This document shows positions 31,849 to 41,069 of a DNA stretch of 64,000 nt, in pieces. The stretch's first letter is position 1. Each line of letters starts with the position of its first letter. The stretch is from Methylotenera sp. (lineage in GTDB: Bacteria; Pseudomonadota; Gammaproteobacteria; Burkholderiales; Methylophilaceae). The notes under the pieces are model-generated. The model was given only the letters and a program-made list of their open reading frames with translations, made no database searches and was not told the origin of the DNA. The DNA lies in the NCBI GenBank assembly GCA_021732405.1, contig JAKFVB010000022.1, positions 552-64,551 of the forward strand, written 5' to 3'. A program made the translations under genes and the position numbers.

Positions 31849-32580
31849 CTAAATTGAATTAGTACTGTCTTGATTCAGGCTGCCTGTTAATCGCAGGCGC
31901 TGGCTAGGTGAAACGCCAGTTAATAAATCGTTGGTAAAGCGTGTTTGCAAGGCATACGCTTGGTTGATATCGGTGCTTTCAATTGATGAGGTAATGCTGG
32001 ATACACGCATCAATAGGCCATCTGGAATGCTGCCACTTAACGCATATTCCAGCTTAATTTTTTTGGTTTCCCAGCCTGGATAACCGACTTTTTTACCTGT
32101 GGTGAGCCAATAAGTAATGGGTTCTATTCGGTCTGATTTTCTGGCTAATAACCGCAATACAGGAATATCGCCAAAAGCAGTGTTTAACTGGCCTTTAAGA
32201 ATACTATTTACCGCAAAACCTTGGCCGCTGTAACAGCCCTCTGGCGCATGTGCGCCTACGCTATCGCTTTGATCGCGGCCATAAGCAATAGATAACATAA
32301 TGCGCTGGCCTTTGCCGTTTTCGTATACGCGCGATAATGTTTGCGCATAAATTTTATCCAGCGCAGCGGCGGTTTCTGGGTTAACAATTTGCGATGATAA
32401 ATTTAAAATGCGCCAATCGTTAAATTGCTGCGGAATTAGCTGCTCTAAATTTACCTGCTCACCCTCATCGGCGATTCTGTGCGTAGGGCGGGCAGCATAA
32501 GCAAATACCGATGTACATATCATGATGAGCATTAATAAATAGTGGCGTTTGCTATGGTAACTAATTGGCATGCTAGGCAA
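31849..32580 (-). CDS. epsI: Exosortase-associated EpsI
   Basis: IYAQTLSRVY, IMLSIAYG, HAPEGCYSGQGF, PDGLLMRVSS. Confidence 0.88.
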   Translation of the reverse strand: MPSMPISYHSKRHYLLMLIMICTSVFAYAARPTHRIADEGEQVNLEQLIPQQFNDWRILNLSSQIVNPETAAALDKIYAQTLSRVYENGKGQRIMLSIAYGRDQSDSVGAHAPEGCYSGQGFAVNSILKGQLNTAFGDIPVLRLLARKSDRIEPITYWLTTGKKVGYPGWETKKIKLEYALSGSIPDGLLMRVSSITSSIESTDINQAYALQTRFTNDLLTGVSPSQRLRLTGSLNQDSTNSI

Positions 32581-33448
32581 TCTTTTGCTTAAATTTAACG
32601 AAATATTGCAGCATAGAATCCACTGTCATAATGAACATTAGCGCTACAAAAAACAGCAAGAAGCCAGCAAAGCCATGTACAAAACCTTGCCCAACTTCAT
32701 CACCAAAATAATAGGTAATGAGTGTGAGTGTAATGACGCGAATAACGTTGGCAGTGAACGAAATAGGGATTATTAGCATGGTTAGCGTGACATTGCGAAT
32801 CAGCGAATCGTGCTTAACCAAGCTTAAATACAGCAAGCCCAAAGCCTCTAATGAAATGAGTGTGTGCATGCCTGCGCAAGCATCGGCTACCAGCAATTGA
32901 TATTGCCCAATTTGCAAAATAACGCCCTCACGTGCAATGGGGTAATCAAACCAAAACAGAATGGTTTCTGTGACATATGAAACGGCCATTTTCATGGGTA
33001 GGGTTAATGAATCCAACGGAAACGGAATCATAAAGATAATAAAAAATAGCGGAAACCATAACGCTTTTAGCATTGGCAAGCCGCGCATTAGCAGAAAAAT
33101 ACCGGATAAAACAAATATCTGTGAGGCTAAATCGAGAATAAAAATATCTTGCGAACGGCCTGCTATATAGCATAGCAAGCCAAATACTAAGGTTAAACCG
33201 CCTAAAATTGGCGCAGGTTTATCTGTTGCAGTAAAACTAAAATGCTCACGTTTTTGCCAAAATAAAAACACAATCACCATCAGCACTATTGGGCCGTGGC
33301 CTTGGTCTTCTGTTACCCATAAGTTGTTAAACACTTCATGATAAGTGGGGATATATAAAGCCAAAAGGCCAATAACAATTTGCACCCACATGAGATATGG
33401 GCTGCTTTTTAAACCATTAAAATTTTGCGCTATTGCTTGCATAGCCAA
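32573..33448 (-). CDS. xrtB: Exosortase B (EpsH)
   Basis: Catalytic Cys/Arg/His in VADACAG, ANVIRV, FVHGFAG; HGPIV. Confidence 0.92.
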   Translation of the reverse strand: MAMQAIAQNFNGLKSSPYLMWVQIVIGLLALYIPTYHEVFNNLWVTEDQGHGPIVLMVIVFLFWQKREHFSFTATDKPAPILGGLTLVFGLLCYIAGRSQDIFILDLASQIFVLSGIFLLMRGLPMLKALWFPLFFIIFMIPFPLDSLTLPMKMAVSYVTETILFWFDYPIAREGVILQIGQYQLLVADACAGMHTLISLEALGLLYLSLVKHDSLIRNVTLTMLIIPISFTANVIRVITLTLITYYFGDEVGQGFVHGFAGFLLFFVALMFIMTVDSMLQYFVKFKQKIA

Positions 33449-33451
33449 TAC

Positions 33452-34357
33452 CTAAGCGTCTACAAACACACTGCCTAAGACTGTTGCACCTGTCATCGAC
33501 AATTGCTGGCTTAGTTGCTGCATATCTGGCACTTGAGTGGTGTCTTTTTTTGCCACAATAATGGCTGCTTTGGCTTTTGATACCACGGTTAATACATCTA
33601 ACCCCAAATGAATGGGCGATGTATCAATCAAAATTACATCGTAGATTTTTTCTAAATCTGCCAGCAATGTCGCTAAATTGTTCTGACTTAATAGCTCTTG
33701 CGGGTTCGGCACTTCTGTACCTGCCGTTAAAATCGTTAAATTTGGCAACGACTCATGCTTGCTTAAGGTGTATTGGCCTTGCCTGTTGGCAAGTATGTTC
33801 GCCAAGCCTAATTTAGTATCAATATGAAAAAAGCGATGTTGTTTGGCGTTACGTAGATTAGCGTCTATTAATAATGTTTTTTTATTCAGCTGCGAAAAAA
33901 CAATGGCTAAATTCGCCACTAATTGGCTTGCATCGTCATCGCTACTCACCGATGTAACTGCTAAGGTTTTATTGTTTTGGTCAAACCAACGCATCGATAG
34001 CTGGCTTCTTAAGCTTCGCAATTGCTCTACTTCTAAGGCAAAAGGCTTGTGGGCAGCAATTAATAATGGGCTGATTTTATGGTTATCATCTTGCAGATAA
34101 GCATAGTTAAATTGCTCAGATAACACTTTTTGCAAATCGTCTTCTGTAATCAAGCCTAGTTTTTTTGCGGCCTCACCAAACAACATGTTTTTATCGCGTT
34201 GCAATTCTAATATGCGCGCAATATCTTGTTGCGTTAGCTTTGCATGCACGGCCAAAGCATCGCCCATGCGCTTGGCATCTGGCGAATCAGTCATGCTGGT
34301 GGCTGTTTGTTCTAGTTGATCGCTATTCAATTGAGGCGTCTCTTTACTGTAATCCAT
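33452..34357 (-). CDS. epsG: Chain-length determinant tyrosine-kinase-like EpsG (degenerate Walker A)
   Basis: EQLRSLRSQL, ANLAIVFSQ, LLIDANLR, ILIDTSP; the Walker A region reads VSSDDDAS. Confidence 0.85.
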   Translation of the reverse strand: MDYSKETPQLNSDQLEQTATSMTDSPDAKRMGDALAVHAKLTQQDIARILELQRDKNMLFGEAAKKLGLITEDDLQKVLSEQFNYAYLQDDNHKISPLLIAAHKPFALEVEQLRSLRSQLSMRWFDQNNKTLAVTSVSSDDDASQLVANLAIVFSQLNKKTLLIDANLRNAKQHRFFHIDTKLGLANILANRQGQYTLSKHESLPNLTILTAGTEVPNPQELLSQNNLATLLADLEKIYDVILIDTSPIHLGLDVLTVVSKAKAAIIVAKKDTTQVPDMQQLSQQLSMTGATVLGSVFVDA

Positions 34358-34407
34358 AAGTTTTTGTGGCCAAAAATGTGCTTAAAAATATATTCTAAAA
34401 TGTAGGC

Positions 34408-35835
34408 TTAAAAGCTAATGACTGGTTTTTTAGTATTTTTTTGCTTAAAAAACTGATTCACTTTATCTTTAAAAGTACGTGATTTTTTAGCATGACGACT
34501 TAACTCGCCCAACACTGGCATATTGAGTAATTGCCTTAAATCTTCAGCAGAGCGAACACGTCTATCAAACATTTCTGCCACCAACACAAATCCAATGCCC
34601 AACAAACCACCTAAAAATACAGAAAGTGCAATATTTAACATTATTTTCGGGCTGGAATGCTTAAGCGGCGCAATGGCTGGGTTTAAAACAGATACGTCAG
34701 TTTGGCCAGATTGGCTTTCCATATTGGTTTGGCCAAAGCGCAATAGCGCGTTGTCATACATACGTTGTGCGCCTTCTACTTCGCGCTCTAGCACTGCCAT
34801 TTCATCGTGCTGGCTTTTTAGTTTTAATACGCGCTCTTTTTGTTGAGCAAGTGAGGCGTTAATTTCTGCTTCTTTTTGTTGCGATACGCGTGCAGTTTGG
34901 CCCACACTGTTGCTGGTTTTTGCGGTTTCTACACGAATTAAATCGCGCAGGCTTGTTACATCCGATTGTGCTGCCTGATATTGCGGATGGTTCACACCTA
35001 AGCGTTGCGACACTTCATTAAGGCGCGTTTCAGCTTGTACCAATTGCGATTTCAAACCTTGAATTAAGCCATTGGCTAAAATTTCAGGTGATTCTGAAGC
35101 TGAACCTTTTTTAAGCTGACTTTGGCGCGAAGTGCTGTCGTAAGTTTGCGCTTGCGCCATCACTAATTGGCTAGAAAGCTCACTTAAGCGCGCGGCTTCG
35201 GTATCCATACGCTCACCTGAAAACGCAATGCCATTTTCTTGTTGAAACGCAGATAGCTTGGCTTGTGCTTGCTCTACATTTTGGCGCAGGCCTTTAATTT
35301 GCTGATCAAACCACAAGGCGGCTTGTTTAGCAGGCTCTGTTTTCATTTGTAAATTGGTATTAATGTATGCTTCAGCAAAGGCATTGGCTAAATCGGCAGC
35401 AAATACGGGGTCTGCGCCCTCATAGCCAATTTCAATCACATCGCTAGAGCGTGATGGCTTAACCGATAAATTTTGCAAAAAGCGGTCGGCAAACCAATCA
35501 TTAATATTGCCTTCGCCATTGGTGGCTTTTTCAAAGGTGGCTTTTGCAGCATCGCTATTGGCAACACCAAGCTTGGCGACCACTTTTAATGCCACGTTAT
35601 GGCTTTGAATAATATCAACCTGCGTCGCCATATAGCCCGGCATCAAGGTTGCTGGCAAAGTCAGGCCAGTAACGGGGTCTGCGCCTTTAGAATTAATCAC
35701 CAATGATGCAGTGGCGGTGTAGCTTTTTGGTAACAAAAAACTCACTACAGTTGTCACCAACACCGTCACAAAAAACACCCAAATAGCGATGATTTTGCGC
35801 GCCATTAAAATAGATAGTAATTGTGAAAAACTCAT
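34408..35835 (-). CDS. epsF: Polysaccharide co-polymerase EpsF
   Basis: LPKSYTATA, YMATQVDII, NHPQY, two TM segments flanking a coiled coil, PVLG. Confidence 0.88.
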   Translation of the reverse strand: MSFSQLLSILMARKIIAIWVFFVTVLVTTVVSFLLPKSYTATASLVINSKGADPVTGLTLPATLMPGYMATQVDIIQSHNVALKVVAKLGVANSDAAKATFEKATNGEGNINDWFADRFLQNLSVKPSRSSDVIEIGYEGADPVFAADLANAFAEAYINTNLQMKTEPAKQAALWFDQQIKGLRQNVEQAQAKLSAFQQENGIAFSGERMDTEAARLSELSSQLVMAQAQTYDSTSRQSQLKKGSASESPEILANGLIQGLKSQLVQAETRLNEVSQRLGVNHPQYQAAQSDVTSLRDLIRVETAKTSNSVGQTARVSQQKEAEINASLAQQKERVLKLKSQHDEMAVLEREVEGAQRMYDNALLRFGQTNMESQSGQTDVSVLNPAIAPLKHSSPKIMLNIALSVFLGGLLGIGFVLVAEMFDRRVRSAEDLRQLLNMPVLGELSRHAKKSRTFKDKVNQFFKQKNTKKPVISF

Positions 35836-35932
35836 GTGTAATCGCTTTTTTGTTTGATTGGTTGATATTGTTAACGGTTATTTTTTGTCAATATTTGAAT
35901 GTTAATTGTGCTTAAGTAGTGATTAAGCTTGG

Positions 35933-37015
35933 TTAAAACCAGCTTTCTCTCACCATCACAATATCGTCAGGCTTCAATAAATCGCCAGACGATGCATCCA
36001 GTGTTTTAAGTTTGCCGTCAACATTGCGTTTGATTTTGATGCCGCGCTCTGTGCCGCGTGGTGACAGACCGCCGCCTGTAGATAACGCCTGCGCAATATT
36101 CATATTGCGCTCTAATCTAAAAGCGCCTGGGCGTTGCACTTCGCCATAAATATAAAAAACTGCGGTTCTTGGCACGTAAATAGAGTCGCCATCTGCTAGC
36201 TCAAAATTGGCCGATGTATCACCTTTGCGATAAAGCTGATCAATATCAATTTCGCGCTTTTCGGTTTTGCCATCTCGCTTGGTAATCACAATAATGCTAT
36301 CTGCGCCACCTGCTGAAACTCCGCCTGCCTGCGATAAAAAGTCAATTACCGTGCGCACGCCGCTGGCTACCGAATATTTACCAGGGCGATTCACTTGCCC
36401 TAATACCGATACTTCACGCGCATTCACATACACAATATCGTCAGCCAATAGTGGTGGATTGCTGGTTGGGTCGGCCTTATTCACTAAGTCGCGCAAGTCA
36501 TAGTTTTGCTTGATGGTTTTACCATCAGTACTACGAATTAAAGTAATCATGTCTGAGCCATTTGGCGTAGTACCGCCCGCCAATGCCAGCACGTCAGACA
36601 AAGTACTGGGGCGATCTAACGAATATTTACCAGGCTTATATACATCGCCAAGCACCGAAATAAACTGGCTTTGAAATTGCAAAACCACTAAATTCACTTG
36701 CGCCTTTTTAACAAAACCACCTTTTTCCAGCAAATCGGCTATTTTTTTCTCTGCCAATTGCGGACTTAAACCACCCAATACCACCTCGCCGATTAGCGCA
36801 AAGTTAATACTACCTGCAGCAGAAAGACGTGCTTCTGTTAGTAAATCTGGGCTGCCGTAAACGCCAATTCGCACATAATCGCCTGAGCCTAAAATATAGT
36901 CGCGTTTGGTTTCAGATGCTGCAACCGTGCTTTCTTCAGCCACTGCGGCAACACTTACCAGCAACATAAAAAACACACACAGCCAACCAAAAATACCTTT
37001 TTTCAAACGATTCAC
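35933..37015 (-). CDS. epsE: Polysaccharide export protein EpsE (Wza/OPX-like)
   Basis: YILGSGD poly_export motif, three SLBB-like units (VLGDVYKPG, VLGQVNRPG, IYGEVQRPG), ends VRESWF. Confidence 0.88.
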   Translation of the reverse strand: MNRLKKGIFGWLCVFFMLLVSVAAVAEESTVAASETKRDYILGSGDYVRIGVYGSPDLLTEARLSAAGSINFALIGEVVLGGLSPQLAEKKIADLLEKGGFVKKAQVNLVVLQFQSQFISVLGDVYKPGKYSLDRPSTLSDVLALAGGTTPNGSDMITLIRSTDGKTIKQNYDLRDLVNKADPTSNPPLLADDIVYVNAREVSVLGQVNRPGKYSVASGVRTVIDFLSQAGGVSAGGADSIIVITKRDGKTEKREIDIDQLYRKGDTSANFELADGDSIYVPRTAVFYIYGEVQRPGAFRLERNMNIAQALSTGGGLSPRGTERGIKIKRNVDGKLKTLDASSGDLLKPDDIVMVRESWF

Positions 37016-37089
37016 CTTTACTTTTATGCTTGCATTTTTTTGTTTTAATATTTACTTAATATCTACCTAAACAAATTTAATGTAAGTGC

Positions 37090-38139
37090 TTACAAACCTG
37101 ACAAACCTTTATCCATGCTACCTGCATCTTTTGCAGGCTTGTCAGCTGTTTGAGCAGAGTCCGCAGGCGCGGCCATCTCTTGCGTAGCAGCTGGCGGTGC
37201 ATCAGATGTATTAGTATCAGCTGTTTTAGTATCAGATTTTTTAATGGCAGTTGGTGCAGGCTGCACGCCTTTTTTCATATCGGCAAATGCACCAATAAAT
37301 TCAATATTGGCTTTTTCATTTAAAGCAGCCATCTCTTTTTTAGCTAAAGCGGCTTTGTTTTGGTTTAGAAAGTATTGCTCAATCACAGGCGTGGCTTTTT
37401 CACGGGTAATCGGCATTGTTTGCGATGCGGCTAAATGTACGATGCTGACTGATGCATTATTAGATACCGCGATTAAATCGCCATCTTGAAGCGGCTGTAA
37501 CTTCTTTAAAAAATCTAAGGGTAATTGTTCTGCGGCGCGCACATTACTGTTGGCGCTAAATGGATAATTTTTTTCTTTTAACCATGCTGCAACTTCATTA
37601 ATGTTTTTAGTGGTGGCTACTTTTTCTGCAATTTCTGCATATTTGTCTTTATCCACATTAATCGCTAATTCTTGCAAGCGAAACACACGACGGTTTTCAA
37701 ATAATTCTGGCTTCTCTTTATAAAACGCATCAACCTGAGTAACACTTGGCTTAGCTGCTTTTGAGAGCATTTGCTCTAAATAAGCCTGCGCTAAAATCTC
37801 ACTTTTTGAAGCTTCAATCGCTTGCAAAATTCTAGGGTCGCGGTCTAGTTTTGTTTCAGTGGCTTGTTGTTTTAATAATTGCTGATCAACCAATCGCGCC
37901 AAAATTTGTTTGGCGGCTTCTTTGCTTTGCGCCTCTGTTAAGTTTTTGCCTTGCGCTAATCGGTTTAGTTGAAAGTTAATCTGATGAATCGAAATTTCAT
38001 CGCCATTTACTTTAGCAACGACTTGCGTACCGCCCTTGGCTTCTGTTTTATCTTTATCACCGCAAGCCGTTAAACTTAATACCGCGCCAAGAATGGCTAA
38101 GACTATATATTTATTTTGATATTGATTTTGCACACGCAT
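37090..38139 (-). CDS. epsD: EpsD-family peptidyl-prolyl isomerase-like lipoprotein
   Basis: Lipobox LTAC, TQVVAKVNGDEISIHQIN, KLDRDP, ends KGLSGL. Confidence 0.88.
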   Translation of the reverse strand: MRVQNQYQNKYIVLAILGAVLSLTACGDKDKTEAKGGTQVVAKVNGDEISIHQINFQLNRLAQGKNLTEAQSKEAAKQILARLVDQQLLKQQATETKLDRDPRILQAIEASKSEILAQAYLEQMLSKAAKPSVTQVDAFYKEKPELFENRRVFRLQELAINVDKDKYAEIAEKVATTKNINEVAAWLKEKNYPFSANSNVRAAEQLPLDFLKKLQPLQDGDLIAVSNNASVSIVHLAASQTMPITREKATPVIEQYFLNQNKAALAKKEMAALNEKANIEFIGAFADMKKGVQPAPTAIKKSDTKTADTNTSDAPPAATQEMAAPADSAQTADKPAKDAGSMDKGLSGL

Positions 38140-38183
38140 TTTATTATCTCGCTCAAATACTGATGTTTAAATTAACAACTAGT

Positions 38184-38217
38184 ACTATAAGAAGAAAATA
38201 TGACTTTAATGTGTCAA
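38184..38217 (-). promoter_or_regulatory. Pho box-like promoter of the epsD operon
   Basis: TTGACAC-ATTA-AAGTCAT, 10 bp spacer, TATAGT (-10). Confidence 0.6.
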
Positions 38218-38358
38218 AAATAAGTAGAATTTATGATGAAACTTAAATTAGTTTCGAGAAAGGATTAACACAACATCATTTTGCGCGGTCATTATGACAA
38301 AACGTGTTTAGAACCTAATCTGTTTAGCCTATATCAGACATTTTTGGGATTCTCGGAA

Positions 38359-39579
38359 TTAAAAGTTATAGCGCGCCACCAGGCTCACTGAATTAAAGCG
38401 AAAACCCTGATTGGTTAAGGTAGATTCGCGATCTTCTGTTTGGTAATTTAACTGCAACACCGATTTTAAAGTTGGCGTATATATTAAACTTAAGCTGGCC
38501 GTTTTTGAGCTGTCTTTGCGGTCGTTGGCGATGGCAAAAAATCCGCTACTGCCTAAATAATCAACGTCTTGATAACCTACACCGCCGCGCAAAGCCACTT
38601 TGCTGGTGACATTCAAAGTCGGGTTAAAGCTGGCACCTGTTGACTCAACAAAAGTCGATAGAATGTCGTCAATCGGCGACACCTCTCTGTAAGCAGTTGC
38701 GTTTAATGTCACTTTGCTGGTGAGTGCGTAGTTAATATCCCAGCGTTGGCTAAATCCGCTAAATTCGCGCTGCGGTAAGTCGGCATAATCAATCGTCACG
38801 CGAGATAGTCGGGCGCTGATACGAGTTTTTGCGCTGGGCTGCCATGCGGCATCTAAAGCCAATGCGCCTTGCACACTTTCATCGCCAAAAAAAGCCGCTG
38901 CACCGCCAGTTCGATTCGGAAATTCAGAATCCACCTCACGATACGATAAGCCCAGTTGTGTGCCAAAAGGGCTGCGATAGCGCACCCCTGCTTCAGTAAC
39001 AATGTCATCTCTATCTAAGTTTTCAAACCCAATCAATTCGTTTTCTGTTTGAATCTCTTCGCGTGATGCATAAGCGGTCCAATCGGGGTGAAAACGCCAA
39101 TTCACGCTGGCAGATTGCCTATCGACTAATCTGGTATTTCTAACGGGGTTTCTAATCTCGGTAAAACCGGCAATGGATTCGCTCTTATTTTTATTTAATG
39201 TGCCAAAAAAATGATTGCCAAGCTGCCAATCCCAAGCCAAAGCGTACGATTTAGCCAAGTTATCGAGCAAATCAAAACGGTTATATTTGCTGTCACTGAC
39301 GTTGGCTGATAGTCGTACCAGTTGTCTGCTTAATCTGATATTGGCATCCAATCCTAAATCTAAGCGCTTAACAAAATCCGCTGTCTCAGTAGAGCCAAAC
39401 GCTTGCTGTGCCTGGGTATCGGATGAAAATCGAAACACGTTATCGTCGTATACCAGATTCGCGCCTATGCTCGGCGTGATATCAATAATGCCCTCAGCAT
39501 TGGCTAAGCAAGAGCAAAATAACAAGCAGGCAGCAGATATTTTTTTAAGGCGCGCGTTTTTAATCGGAATAATCAACAT
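38359..39579 (-). CDS. epsL: XrtB/PEP-CTERM-associated outer membrane beta-barrel EpsL
   Basis: Signal peptide, YDDNVFR, SRQ, WQLGN, C-terminal ARYNF; ATG 39579 avoids overlap. Confidence 0.78.
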   Translation of the reverse strand: MLIIPIKNARLKKISAACLLFCSCLANAEGIIDITPSIGANLVYDDNVFRFSSDTQAQQAFGSTETADFVKRLDLGLDANIRLSRQLVRLSANVSDSKYNRFDLLDNLAKSYALAWDWQLGNHFFGTLNKNKSESIAGFTEIRNPVRNTRLVDRQSASVNWRFHPDWTAYASREEIQTENELIGFENLDRDDIVTEAGVRYRSPFGTQLGLSYREVDSEFPNRTGGAAAFFGDESVQGALALDAAWQPSAKTRISARLSRVTIDYADLPQREFSGFSQRWDINYALTSKVTLNATAYREVSPIDDILSTFVESTGASFNPTLNVTSKVALRGGVGYQDVDYLGSSGFFAIANDRKDSSKTASLSLIYTPTLKSVLQLNYQTEDRESTLTNQGFRFNSVSLVARYNF

Positions 39580-39593
39580 AAACAACACTGCCG

Positions 39594-40265
39594 TTACCAA
39601 TATTGCCAATGGCCTGTAGTCACCACGTATATGCCCAGCAAGCCATTCGTCATCGCGTGTGCAAAAACCGGAATCCACAAATTTTTATAGGTTTTATACA
39701 ACTCGCCGTATACCAAGCCTGCAAATAAACCTGCCAGCCATAAATGATGCTCTATTGCAAATAAACAGGCGCTGCCGACATAGGCGTAACCCGATATTTT
39801 TTCGGGTAACAATTTTAAAAAATCTTCTTTATCAAACCAGCGCATGATAAATGAGCGCCAAAATAACTCTTCCATCACTGGCACTAATAAAGCCGCACCT
39901 GAAATACGTACTGACATCCAAAAAAATGCACTTAGTTCTGTTTCGCCTGTTAATGGGTTAAAGCCTTGCGTATCGCCGCCACCCAGCCAAGTTGGATAAG
40001 GAAAAATCCAGATAACAAATACGATTAATCCAGCAATACCTGCGTATAAAAAATCCCCAAGTACAGGCTTACGTTTAAGCTCTGAGTAATCGCGCCAGAA
40101 ATACACTAATATTGCCGCGACCGCCGCGATTCTAATCACATATAGCCATTTCACATCTAACATTAGCCACTCAAATAGCTGAGTTAACGGCTGATGAAAG
40201 GCTAAAAATAGGATAAAAATAGCAAAGGGTAGCGCTCTAGCGAGCACTGCACGGTCAAATGTCAT
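39594..40265 (-). CDS. CAAX prenyl-protease-related protein (PEP-CTERM-associated)
   Basis: VPVMEELFWRSF, FAIEH, HAMTN; ARALPF N-terminus. Confidence 0.88.
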   Translation of the reverse strand: MTFDRAVLARALPFAIFILFLAFHQPLTQLFEWLMLDVKWLYVIRIAAVAAILVYFWRDYSELKRKPVLGDFLYAGIAGLIVFVIWIFPYPTWLGGGDTQGFNPLTGETELSAFFWMSVRISGAALLVPVMEELFWRSFIMRWFDKEDFLKLLPEKISGYAYVGSACLFAIEHHLWLAGLFAGLVYGELYKTYKNLWIPVFAHAMTNGLLGIYVVTTGHWQYW

Positions 40266-40362
40266 GTTTGGCTCACAGTGAAAACAAACATGTTACGCAT
40301 GGATTATGACGATTTTATTTCGCTGTCATAATTGAGCGAATACGTCATCATCCAAATTTAGA

Positions 40363-41058
40363 TTAATTAACGGTTTTTTTAGATGAAAAACGCTCTTCAT
40401 CTAATTTATCTTGTTGATTTTGCAATATATTTTCTAGCTGAACCCGTTTTAACTGGAAAAACTGCTCTTTACGCATCACGGCTTCGTACTGACTAGGCGT
40501 GTCATAAATATGTATTAATTCGGTGCCAAATTGATGCAATTTGCCATTTTTAACCGAGCAAGTATTCAATTCTTTGGTGGTATCTGCCAGATTTTTTGAT
40601 ATGGTTTTGCGCTGATTATCGTTAAATTTTAGGTCGGCTAATGCTTGTGCATGAACACCTTTTAAATCGGTCAGACTGTTTTGGGTAGTGTCTAGCTTCG
40701 CCTGCGTTTCAGTCAGTTTAGTTTCAACCACAGTTTTCTCATCCATGGTTTTAGTTAACTCAATACTTAAGTTTTTAGCCTTGCGCTGTGATGATGCCAA
40801 TGCCTTATTGGTTTTTTCTAACTCAGTATCTTTAGCCAATAACTGCTCTTGCAAGGCCTTTTTTTCTGTATCAAATTGGGTTTGCATGGCCGCTTTTTCG
40901 GCTTCCATATCTTGCTTCATTTTTTGCATCATCAATGCCTGACGCCTTGCAGCTTTGTCTTTTTTTTCCGCTGCTATAGCCGATTGCGGCAGAAGCATGC
41001 CAGCCAACAAAGCCAATATGAATAGCCCAACAATTTTTTGCGCGACAGTTAGTTTCAT
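40363..41058 (-). CDS. Exported coiled-coil protein
   Basis: Signal peptide, long heptad-rich region, C..KN..L and RVQLEN tail. Confidence 0.7.
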   Translation of the reverse strand: MKLTVAQKIVGLFILALLAGMLLPQSAIAAEKKDKAARRQALMMQKMKQDMEAEKAAMQTQFDTEKKALQEQLLAKDTELEKTNKALASSQRKAKNLSIELTKTMDEKTVVETKLTETQAKLDTTQNSLTDLKGVHAQALADLKFNDNQRKTISKNLADTTKELNTCSVKNGKLHQFGTELIHIYDTPSQYEAVMRKEQFFQLKRVQLENILQNQQDKLDEERFSSKKTVN

Positions 41059-41069
41059 GATGGCCTCAA

